From Candidatus Heimdallarchaeota archaeon (GTDB taxonomy: Archaea > Asgardarchaeota > Heimdallarchaeia > JABLTI01), in assembly GCA_030614005.1 (NCBI GenBank), contig JAUWKS010000016.1, positions 1 through 32,000 on the forward strand: DNA of 32,000 nucleotides, read 5' to 3'. Positions 1-8,450 of the stretch are shown in pieces. Both the position numbers and the translations under genes were made by a program. The notes below the pieces were generated by a model. The model was not told the DNA's origin. It did not search any database and saw only the letters and a program-made list of their open reading frames with translations. Position 1 is the stretch's first letter. Each line of letters opens with the position of its first letter.

Positions 1-140
1 ATTCAATTATGCCAAAAATATTTGCTATGAAATATGAAGCCAAATTTCCTTGGCTAGAAAATAAGGATGTTGCCCCTCATGCTTGCCCCGATGGTAAGAA
101 TCCTGTTGTCTTCAAAATAACTCGAGAAGAGCTCGAATAA
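1..140 (+). CDS. C-terminal end of a TIGR04076-family-like protein (5' truncated by window edge)
   Basis: Not in the ORF track. Frame 3 reads SIMPKIFAMKYEAKFPWLENKDVAPHACPDGKNPVVFKITREELE* with TAA at 138-140. The W...CPDG.NPVVFKI.R ending resembles the C-terminal motif of that family as I recall it. Confidence 0.6.
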   Translation, partial: SIMPKIFAMKYEAKFPWLENKDVAPHACPDGKNPVVFKITREELE

Positions 141-258
141 TTTAGCGGTCTGAATTATTTCAATTTTTTTCTTTCCTTTCAAATAGGATAATGAATGAGT
201 CAAAAATAAAGTTGATAAAAAAGAAAAGAGGAAAAAGTAACTTGGAGTTACTTTTCTT

Positions 259-3060
259 TCACATTTCTAATGCGAATTTTGTTTTCGTTGGAGGTGTAAT
301 TATGGCAATAGGATCAAATATCGGTCCATTTGATAAAGGAGTTAAAATGTAAATATCCATTTCGACTACCAATTTATCGACACTACCATCAAATAAACTG
401 GATTGGTAAAGATCTGTACTGTAAGTGAATCTAAAGTAGTAATTGTATGTACTGAGTACACCATTGAATTGGGCGTAACCTGTTCCATTTGTAAGAACAT
501 TGAGACCAGAATAGGATCCACCTTCCCGGTATAAATAGACTCTAACATTGGTTAGAGGAGTGCCGTCATTGTGAGCATAACAGAATACTCTTGCACCAAT
601 ATTAATATCATGAGTATATTCTGGTAATGCGCCATTGAATTCTGTTGACCAGAATTGTCCAGCAGCATAATCGACTCTGAATTTATACTGAGTATTAGAT
701 AATACTCCATTGAATTGTGCATGACCAGTTGCATTTGTTCTAGCACTTATTCCAGAATAAGAACCACTAGCTGTAAAGAGGTAAACTTGGACATTGTTGA
801 GTGGATTATCTTCAACTCCATAAACAACATGGGCATAGACAATACCGCCAATATTGATCTCAACTACTCTTTCTGGTAAGTTTCCACTGAAAATTGTTGA
901 CCAGAATTGACCAGCAGCATAATCGACTCTAAATTTGTAAGCACCTGTTGCTAAGACTCCATTAAATTGTGCATAGCCAGTTGAATTAGTTCTTGCGCTA
1001 ATACCAGAGTAAGAACCACTAGCTGTAAAGAGGTAGACTCGAACATTATTGAGAGGGGTATCATCAGGACCATAGACAACATGGGCGTAAACAACACCAC
1101 CAATATTGATCTCTACAACAAGATCATCAATACTTCCATTGAATTCAGTTGACCAGAATTGTCCAGCAGCATAATCAACTCTAAATTTGTATTGTGTGGT
1201 TGCTAAGACACCATCAAATCTGGCATAACCTGTGCTATTAGTCCTTGCGCTAATACCAGAGTAAGAACCACTAGCTGTAAAGAGGTAAACTCGAACATTG
1301 TTTAATGGTAGATCGCCAGCACCATAAGTAACATGGGCATAAATTGTTCCACCAACGTTTATATCGACAACAATAAACGAAGCTGAACCATTGAAAACTT
1401 CAGACCAGAATTGACCGCCAGCATAATCAACTCTAAATTTGTAATTAGTACTCTTTAAAACTCCGTTGAATTGTGCATAGCCAGTACTATTTGTTCTCGC
1501 AGACATACCTGAATAGGAACCGCTTGCTGTAAATAGATACACTCTGACTCTATTTAATGGAGTTCCTTCTGAACCGTAGATTACATGTGCATAAGCTTCT
1601 GCCCCAACATTGATTTCAACAATCGTAACTGCTTGGGCTCCGTTGAATTCGCTGCTCCATTCTTGGCCACCTGCATAATCAACTCTAAATTTAAACCAAG
1701 TATCTTTCTCAATTGGATTGAATAGAGCGTATCCTGTTGTATTGGTTCTAGCACTTCTACCAGTGTAGGATCCACTAGCTGTGAAGAGATATACTCGAAC
1801 ATTTTTGAGTGGCAGTTCATCAGGACCATAAATTACATGAGCATAGGCTTTTCCACCAATATAAATTGTAATTACTGCACCATCTGAAGCACCAAATACT
1901 TCACTCCAGGTATTTACTCCACCATAATCAACTCTAAACTTGTAGGCGCCTGAAGAAAGTGAGAAGGCAGCATAACCAGTTTCATTGGTTCGTCTACTTA
2001 CTCCTAAATAGGAACCAGTACTACTGAATAGATATACTCGCAAATTGTCTTGGCCAATTTCGTCGCCATCAACAACATGAGCATAAACAACTCCACCACC
2101 AATATTTATTGTAGTTTCTGAAACTGTTGGATAATCAACAAGTGGACTTGAATAGTTTAATCCTAAATAGAATACTTTGAATACATATACCCCTGGACTA
2201 ATTGATAGGTAAGCATCACCTTCACTATTGGTAACTGCATATTCGCCATTGTAGCGACCTAAACTATCGAAACTAAACACTGTTAAACCATCAATTCCGC
2301 CAGCATCATTTTGAACATGAACTTTCATTAAATCGCCAGTTGCGCCTATCTGAACAGTAACTGTTGATACTGTTGGATGATAGAATGCTTCAGACCAGTA
2401 AATTTGACTTAGATAGTTTACTCGAACTTTGTATTCACCAATTCTCAAAGCTTGTTCTACTTGACCAGAGGAAGAAGTAGTTTGTGTTGGAACACCAGTA
2501 AAAGCATCATTTGAATAATAAAAGTCAATGTTTGCTCCACTCACAGGATCTGAATCTTGATCGATAACATTTACTGTCAATACTGAACCAAGAGTAGCAC
2601 CACTTGGAGTAAAAGCTTTCGTTTCTTCAGAATTTCCAAATGATACGCTCAATGTATAAGAGGTTGCTTCTTCAAGTTGTCCTATGGTACCAGTAGCGGA
2701 AAGAACAACATTGCCTGCTTTTCCATCAAGTATTTGAGAAGCACCAGCTTTAGTATAAGCCCAATCATAGCTATTGGTTCCATCTGAGATTGTATAAGAA
2801 AATTGACTCATATTTGCAATTCCAGCGCCATTGGTTGTTACAATTATAATGTTAACTTTAATTGCATCAATTGAACCATCATGATCATAATCTTTGAATT
2901 CAGATACAGTGTTAATTCCAAAAGTGATTTCTACATCATTATTAAGAAGAGGAACAACAACAAAATAGACAACTGCAGCTGCTGAAACTGTCAAGGCAAT
3001 TAGTAAAATGGTTGCTACTACCGGACTAACTGCTTTTTTGTTTCTAAATATATTTCTCAT
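259..3060 (-). CDS. Large secreted/surface protein with archaeal class III (type IV pilin-like) signal peptide and nine tandem ~80-84 aa beta-rich units; putative adhesin or minor pilin
   Basis: From ATG 3060: MRNIFRNKKA|VSPVVATILLIALTVSAAAVVYFVVVPLL, a basic residue + Ala cleavage site followed by a long hydrophobic stretch (Pilin_N-like). The track start at 3075 is a GTG five codons upstream. The repeats resemble carboxypeptidase-regulatory/Cna-B-like beta-sandwich units. Confidence 0.85.
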   Translation of the reverse strand: MRNIFRNKKAVSPVVATILLIALTVSAAAVVYFVVVPLLNNDVEITFGINTVSEFKDYDHDGSIDAIKVNIIIVTTNGAGIANMSQFSYTISDGTNSYDWAYTKAGASQILDGKAGNVVLSATGTIGQLEEATSYTLSVSFGNSEETKAFTPSGATLGSVLTVNVIDQDSDPVSGANIDFYYSNDAFTGVPTQTTSSSGQVEQALRIGEYKVRVNYLSQIYWSEAFYHPTVSTVTVQIGATGDLMKVHVQNDAGGIDGLTVFSFDSLGRYNGEYAVTNSEGDAYLSISPGVYVFKVFYLGLNYSSPLVDYPTVSETTINIGGGVVYAHVVDGDEIGQDNLRVYLFSSTGSYLGVSRRTNETGYAAFSLSSGAYKFRVDYGGVNTWSEVFGASDGAVITIYIGGKAYAHVIYGPDELPLKNVRVYLFTASGSYTGRSARTNTTGYALFNPIEKDTWFKFRVDYAGGQEWSSEFNGAQAVTIVEINVGAEAYAHVIYGSEGTPLNRVRVYLFTASGSYSGMSARTNSTGYAQFNGVLKSTNYKFRVDYAGGQFWSEVFNGSASFIVVDINVGGTIYAHVTYGAGDLPLNNVRVYLFTASGSYSGISARTNSTGYARFDGVLATTQYKFRVDYAAGQFWSTEFNGSIDDLVVEINIGGVVYAHVVYGPDDTPLNNVRVYLFTASGSYSGISARTNSTGYAQFNGVLATGAYKFRVDYAAGQFWSTIFSGNLPERVVEINIGGIVYAHVVYGVEDNPLNNVQVYLFTASGSYSGISARTNATGHAQFNGVLSNTQYKFRVDYAAGQFWSTEFNGALPEYTHDINIGARVFCYAHNDGTPLTNVRVYLYREGGSYSGLNVLTNGTGYAQFNGVLSTYNYYFRFTYSTDLYQSSLFDGSVDKLVVEMDIYILTPLSNGPIFDPIAIITPPTKTKFALEM
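346..1857 (-). repeat. Intragenic tandem repeat, 252-bp (84-codon) period, six units; three more diverged units lie upstream to about 2590
   Basis: The + strand motif ccagaattg recurs at 649, 901, 1153 and 1405 (exactly 252 apart), with a variant at 1657. A 44-nt exact match lies at 992-1035 and 1244-1287. Confidence 0.95.
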
Positions 3061-3290
3061 TGTATTTCTTTCCACCAGAATATAGTAAATATAACATTGA
3101 TAAACACAAATAAGTGATAATCTCTAATAGAAAAGTCAAAATATAAGTTTTAGGAAATAGGCATCCTCGCTTATGAAGACTTGTACTTAGATAAATGCTC
3201 CATAATTCACTATAAAAGAAGAAATAGAAAAAAGCAGTAATTTTCAATGAAAACTCCTGCTATGGCAAGCAAAGTTAGTTTGCTAATTAT

Positions 3291-4526
3291 TTAGATAATT
3301 TCAAGTTTTTTGCCGATCTTGGTAATGATACCAACTGCCTCATCGATTGTTTCAAAATCAAAAGATGATTGACATGAAGTGCGCAACAATTCATGACCGA
3401 CTGGTGTTGCTGGAGTTCTTACAGGATTTGTATATACACTCCTTGGTGTTTCTGCAAGTAGTTCCTTGAAGAACGTGAAGGTTTTTAGCTCATCTTTTAT
3501 TATTAATGGGATAATAGGTGATGCTGAATGACCAATATTAAATCCTGCATCCACATACCCTTTCTTTAATCGATTAGCATTTGCCCATAATTTTTGACGA
3601 TGAGAATCATCCTTTTCAATAATGTCAAGAACTGCTAGTACTGTAGCTACAGCGGATGGCGGAGAACTAGCACTGAAAATCATACTTCTTGCTCTATGTT
3701 TTACCCATTGACAGGTTGTATCTGAACCAGCAATATAACCACCTATAGAAGCGAAGCTTTTAGAGAATGTGCCCATAGTAATATCTACTTTGTCTTCAAC
3801 TTTAAAATGAGCAGCAGTTCCACGACCATACGGTCCTAAAACGCCTACTGCATGAGCATCATCAACATAAACTCCTGCGCCATAAGTTTCAGCAAGTTCA
3901 GTAATTTCATCTAGCTTTGCGATATCTCCTTCCATTGAGAAGATTCCATCAGTCACAATTAGACCATATTGACCTTTAGGAATCATTTTCAAAGATTTTT
4001 CTAATGAATCCATATCATTGTGTTTATAGATGAGCTTATTTTTTTTGTTGATCTTGCTTAATCGAATGCCATCTATGATTGAAGCATGATTCTGTTCATC
4101 TGAAACCACCCAATCATCTTTTCTTAGTAAACATGAAAGTGTACCAAGGTTCGCTTGCATACCCGTTGAGAATATTACAGCGCTTTCTGTCCCTATGAAT
4201 TCTGCGAGTCGTTTCTCTAATTCAAGATGGATGTCCATTGTACCATTCAATAATCTTGAGCCGGTAGAGCCAGTACCATACTCTTCAATTGCTTTACATG
4301 CCGCTTCTTTGACTTTAGAATTAGTCGTCATTGAAAGGTAGTTGTTGCTTCCAAACATTATTGTTTCTTTATCGCCGAATTTCACTATTGGACCTTGTTC
4401 GCTGCAAAGTGCCATAAAATATGGGTATAACCCTAGTTCCTTGGCGAAATCCACTTGTGCCAATAACCCGGTTTTTGCCCGTTCCTCATATTTTTGGAAT
4501 AAAGTCATAGTAACCACTTTACTCAT
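3291..4526 (-). CDS. Alpha-oxoamine synthase family PLP enzyme (BioF/Kbl/SPT family), most similar in motifs to bacterial serine palmitoyltransferase
   Basis: GLYPYF, MFGSNNYL, GSRLLNGT, NHASII, DGIFSMEGD, VDDAH, PLP-lysine motif GTFSKS and a C-terminal RTPATP loop. Confidence 0.85.
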   Translation of the reverse strand: MSKVVTMTLFQKYEERAKTGLLAQVDFAKELGLYPYFMALCSEQGPIVKFGDKETIMFGSNNYLSMTTNSKVKEAACKAIEEYGTGSTGSRLLNGTMDIHLELEKRLAEFIGTESAVIFSTGMQANLGTLSCLLRKDDWVVSDEQNHASIIDGIRLSKINKKNKLIYKHNDMDSLEKSLKMIPKGQYGLIVTDGIFSMEGDIAKLDEITELAETYGAGVYVDDAHAVGVLGPYGRGTAAHFKVEDKVDITMGTFSKSFASIGGYIAGSDTTCQWVKHRARSMIFSASSPPSAVATVLAVLDIIEKDDSHRQKLWANANRLKKGYVDAGFNIGHSASPIIPLIIKDELKTFTFFKELLAETPRSVYTNPVRTPATPVGHELLRTSCQSSFDFETIDEAVGIITKIGKKLEII

Positions 4527-4683
4527 TGACTTTTCTATGTGTTTTTAAAATTTGCTTGAATACTCAATATCTACTCAGATATATAAACTAAAAAGCTTCC
4601 TTTGCTTGAGAAAAATTAAAAAAAGTAGAACTAGTATATTTTTTAATGCGTAATAGTATTAATTGAAAACTGATTGATTAAAA

Positions 4684-5304
4684 ATGTTAAAAATCGTTAT
4701 TGCAAAATGTACAGAAAAACATCTTCATTCTTACACTAAGATAATGGTACAAGCATTTAATGATAAATATCCATTTTTTTTCTCAAAAATATCTGAAAAG
4801 GATTACACTGAAATTTTATTTCAACTCAATTTGTTGGAGCTGCAATCAAATAATTTCAATGGGAAATATGTTGTCATCTATAATGAATATGTTGCAGGGG
4901 CAATTAATTTCTATATTAGCAGGCAAAAATTACAGCTTGGTAAATATTATAAGATTCTAGCAAAAAATATTGGTTATCTCAAAGCAATTAAAGTGGGGAT
5001 AATGTTATTTGGTTTTGGAGCACCGTTTAATTTTCCAATGGATACTCTATACATAGATCAAATAGGTATAAATGCAGATTTCAGGAGAAAGGGATTAGGA
5101 AAAAAACTAATGAATTTTGCACTTGAAAAAGCAATAAAATTAGGTTGTAAAAAAGTAAAGCTTGATGTTATAGCTAAAAATGAGGGGGCAATTGCACTCT
5201 ATAGCAACATAGGTTTTGTAATAACTAAAACCAATGAAACCCCATTAGGAGAAGTTTTTCTAGGAATAAGAAAATACTATTCAATGGAAAAAAAATTAAC
5301 CTAA
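4684..5304 (+). CDS. GNAT-family N-acetyltransferase
   Basis: LYIDQIGINADFRRKGLGKKLM (acetyl-CoA motif A) and N..A..LY..GF. Confidence 0.85.
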   Translation: MLKIVIAKCTEKHLHSYTKIMVQAFNDKYPFFFSKISEKDYTEILFQLNLLELQSNNFNGKYVVIYNEYVAGAINFYISRQKLQLGKYYKILAKNIGYLKAIKVGIMLFGFGAPFNFPMDTLYIDQIGINADFRRKGLGKKLMNFALEKAIKLGCKKVKLDVIAKNEGAIALYSNIGFVITKTNETPLGEVFLGIRKYYSMEKKLT

Positions 5305-5395
5305 TTTGTTCTTTTTCTTAACTGTGAGTAGAAGCAAAATACTTATCTAAACATTTTTGTCTATTCTGACAAAAATACTTGGATGAAATACTATC

Positions 5396-5785
5396 ATGAC
5401 TCAAGAGAAAACAATATTGGTTATGGATGATGATGATGCTTTTCATGATGTTATGAAAGAGGTTTTAGATTGTTTAGGATATTCAAGTATTTTCGTCAAA
5501 AATGGCGATGAGGCCTTGGTTCTTTACAAAAAGACAAAAGAATCAAACAAACCTTTCGATGCTGTTATTATGGATTTGCATATAGAAGAAGGAATAAATG
5601 GTGAAGAAGGAGCAAAACTTCTACTTGCTTTTGATCCTAATGTCAAAATAATCATTTCAAGTGGATTGGGAAACCATCCAATGATGGATAAACCTCAAGA
5701 TTTTGGATTGCAAGGTGCATTGTTGAAACCTTTTGGAATGCCAACTTTGAGAGAATTATTGAAAAAAACATTTGAAACTAACTAA
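5396..5785 (+). CDS. Single-domain response regulator (receiver domain)
   Basis: ILVMDDD acidic pocket, VIMD phospho-acceptor Asp, ISSG and KPF conserved Lys; 129 aa with no output domain. Confidence 0.9.
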   Translation: MTQEKTILVMDDDDAFHDVMKEVLDCLGYSSIFVKNGDEALVLYKKTKESNKPFDAVIMDLHIEEGINGEEGAKLLLAFDPNVKIIISSGLGNHPMMDKPQDFGLQGALLKPFGMPTLRELLKKTFETN

Positions 5786-5843
5786 TTGATTGATTTATTT
5801 TTATTTCCGAAAGAATCTAAAGTACTAGTAACTATTTATCGCT

Positions 5844-6590
5844 ATGTATGAAAAAATCATCTCAGTCGAGGGTATGCTCTACTATGGTCGATTTATTGAT
5901 AGACCAAATCGTTTTCTTGTCAACATTAAATTAGAAGGAACAGATGAAATCCAAGCTGCATTTCTACATGACCCTGGCAGAATGAAGGAATTGTTATTAC
6001 CAAATGTACGATTACTAATTAGAAAACCTTTGAAAATAGGCAACAGAAAAACTAATTGGGATGTTTTAGCAGTTTATCATAAAAATTTCTGGATTACGAT
6101 TAAATCTAGCTTACCTAATTTAGTTGCAAAAACAGCATTAAGCAATGGTTGGATATCGGAACTAAAAGATTATCCAAATCTAAAACCAGAAATTAAATAC
6201 GGTCACAGTCGCTTAGACTTTCTTCTAACAAATGGCTTAAACGAGTGTTATGTTGAAGTGAAGGGAGTTACTCTAGTTCAAAATGGAATTGCTTTGTTTC
6301 CTGATGCACCTACTTCACGAGGAACAAGACATCTACAAGAATTAATCAAAATAAAAGCTGAAGGGAAGAGAGCAGTTGTACTATTTATTTGTATGAGAGA
6401 TGACCCAACAACTTTTTCGCCAAATTGGATAACTGATCCTATGTTCAGCAAACAGTTGGAAACGGCAGTAAATATGGGAGTAGAAGTTTTGGTGTATAAA
6501 GTACAACCTACTATCAAAAATAACAAATTGGCACTTTTTTTCACAGACAAAATTAAAACCAAAATAATAGAAGGAACTAAATTCTTATAA
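5844..6590 (+). CDS. sfsA: SfsA (sugar fermentation stimulation protein A, PD-(D/E)XK nuclease fold)
   Basis: RPNRFL, HDPGRMKELL, SRLDFLL, YVEVKGVTL, FPDAPTSRGTRHLQEL. Confidence 0.95.
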   Translation: MYEKIISVEGMLYYGRFIDRPNRFLVNIKLEGTDEIQAAFLHDPGRMKELLLPNVRLLIRKPLKIGNRKTNWDVLAVYHKNFWITIKSSLPNLVAKTALSNGWISELKDYPNLKPEIKYGHSRLDFLLTNGLNECYVEVKGVTLVQNGIALFPDAPTSRGTRHLQELIKIKAEGKRAVVLFICMRDDPTTFSPNWITDPMFSKQLETAVNMGVEVLVYKVQPTIKNNKLALFFTDKIKTKIIEGTKFL

Positions 6591-6628
6591 TAAAGACTTC
6601 TTTTAGTCACTATCTTGTGGGAATAACC

Positions 6629-6904
6629 ATGGAAGAACCGAAACTCGTTGGAAAAATTGCTGCTGATAAAGAGAGTAAGAAGTTAGGAAGAATAATAAAA
6701 ATTGAGCTTGTTGAAGATCAGAAGACAAAGATTCCAAAACCAAATGCACTTGTTTTAGTTAGTAAACCACTCAGAAAAGATATTGTTATTTTAATTGAAA
6801 TTTCAAAGTTGCTTAAAGAAGAAGCTGAATATGTTTGGTTTGATATTTTCAAGAAAGATTTCGATCAAGAAGTTAGAGAAACAAGAGCTTTAATTAGACT
6901 TTAA
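6629..6904 (+). CDS. Small PRC-barrel-like protein
   Basis: LVGKIAADKESKKLGRIIKIE fits the PRC-barrel N-terminal pattern (l.G..v.d..g..lG.v.di). ATG at 6629; the track start at 6617 is GTG. Confidence 0.5.
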   Translation: MEEPKLVGKIAADKESKKLGRIIKIELVEDQKTKIPKPNALVLVSKPLRKDIVILIEISKLLKEEAEYVWFDIFKKDFDQEVRETRALIRL

Positions 6905-7013
6905 GGATATTTTCAATGTAAAATTATTGCAATATCTACTTACATAGTGAGAAACAGAGCTAAATTTAAATTCAAGTCTTTTAATTCAAAGTTGGCATTC
7001 AGAGGAATTCATT

Positions 7014-7994
7014 ATGAGTTTCATTGCAAATTTTGGTTGGTTAGCGATAGTTATAATGATATTAGCGTTCCTTTGCGAATATATGGACGCATCGCTAGGA
7101 ATGGGGTATGGTACTACTTTGACTCCTGTATTACTGTTCTTTGTAGAGGATATTGTAATGATCGTTCCCGCTGTGCTTTTGTCAGAATTCTTCGCCGGCA
7201 TAGTTTCTGCAACATTTCATATAATTTTCAGAAACGTCAAAATTGGGCAAAAAGATAAGGCAAAAAATCCAATAAAAGGACTAAATTCCAATATTATTGA
7301 AACAAGAACAACAAGTGATATCACTACTCCTTCTGATAAAAATAGTAAGATCGACGAAACCGGAAATAGGTTTACCAAATCTATTCGCAAACTAACTCGC
7401 GATACAAAAATAGTTTTGATTCTTGCTTTCTTTGGTATTTTAGGAGCAATCTGTTCTTCAGTTATCAATATGATTTTTCATACAAATGATACATTTAATT
7501 TTAGTGCAAAAATCTACATTGGATTAATGGTTATGGCTATGGGGATTGTTATCATAGTTTTGAGAAATAAAGAACAAAAGTTCTCCTACAAAAAAATAGT
7601 TTCTTTGGGTATTCTTGCTGGATTTAATAAAGGGTTATCTGGAGGAGGGTATGGTCCAATTACTGTTTCAGGTCAAATTCTAGCAGGTCGTGAAGGGAGA
7701 AGCGCCATTGCGTCAACTTCACTTTCCGAAACTCTTGTCTGCTTTGTTGGTGTAACAGCTTATATTATAACAAATATAATAATTATGAATCATGGGGATT
7801 TAGCTATTACTTGGGAATATCTGAAATACGCACCGTATTTGATAATTGGTGCAGTGCTTTCAGCACCATTGGCTGCACTAACAACAAAAAAGGTAAAAAC
7901 AAAATGGTTGAAAATAGCAGTAGGTTGGGGAACAATTGTATTGGGACTATTTAGCATAATTAGATATTCTTTGCATTTTGCAGGCATTTGGTAA
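7014..7994 (+). CDS. TSUP (TauE/SafE) family sulfite-exporter-like membrane protein
   Basis: DASLGMGYGTTLTPVLL and GFNKGLSGGGYGP in the two halves; multiple hydrophobic segments; a ~55-aa hydrophilic insert after the third helix. Confidence 0.85.
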   Translation: MSFIANFGWLAIVIMILAFLCEYMDASLGMGYGTTLTPVLLFFVEDIVMIVPAVLLSEFFAGIVSATFHIIFRNVKIGQKDKAKNPIKGLNSNIIETRTTSDITTPSDKNSKIDETGNRFTKSIRKLTRDTKIVLILAFFGILGAICSSVINMIFHTNDTFNFSAKIYIGLMVMAMGIVIIVLRNKEQKFSYKKIVSLGILAGFNKGLSGGGYGPITVSGQILAGREGRSAIASTSLSETLVCFVGVTAYIITNIIIMNHGDLAITWEYLKYAPYLIIGAVLSAPLAALTTKKVKTKWLKIAVGWGTIVLGLFSIIRYSLHFAGIW

Positions 7995-8126
7995 TTCAAG
8001 AAATTAACGAAATTCTGAATTAAAACACTCTGATTATTTTTTGAAAACCTTATATGTTAGATACCCAATATTAATTAGGCATAATTGTCCTATTAACGAA
8101 AATTATGCTCATCTGGAGTGTAGAAA

Positions 8127-8450
8127 TTGAGTTCAGAGAAAAAATTCACTGTTCTTGAGATGATTGGAAAAGCTGCTTTTGCTAATAATGATGATATAAT
8201 CATTGGAAAAGTTACTAAAATAATTGATCAGAAAGATAGCGAGGATGATGATGAATCTCTTCTTGGAGACATTAAGACAGATTTATTCCAAATTGTCGTT
8301 GAAATTGACCCGGAGAAATTTACTGCTGTATCAGAACCAACTGAAATACTGTTTTCAAGTCAAACTATTGAAAGCGTTTCAGAAAGTGGGTTTAAACTTC
8401 TCTTAACAGTAGAAACTATTGAATCATATCTGGAAAAAGGGCTTCATTAA
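8127..8450 (+). CDS. Small acidic PRC-barrel-like protein
   Basis: LEMIGKAAFANNDDIIIGKVTKII resembles a PRC-barrel start. TTG start with GGAG at 8115-8118. Confidence 0.45.
   Translation: MSSEKKFTVLEMIGKAAFANNDDIIIGKVTKIIDQKDSEDDDESLLGDIKTDLFQIVVEIDPEKFTAVSEPTEILFSSQTIESVSESGFKLLLTVETIESYLEKGLH

Noticed and set aside
346-1857. Periodic repeats as a CRISPR array or mobile element
   Set aside because: The period is 252 bp, in frame within one ORF, with no short repeat/unique spacer pattern and no cas or transposase genes.
3268-3284. AGCAAA-N5-TTTGCT inverted repeat just downstream of the SPT-like gene
   Set aside because: It has only 6 bp in AT-rich DNA and occurs once. It could be a terminator or operator but cannot be supported.
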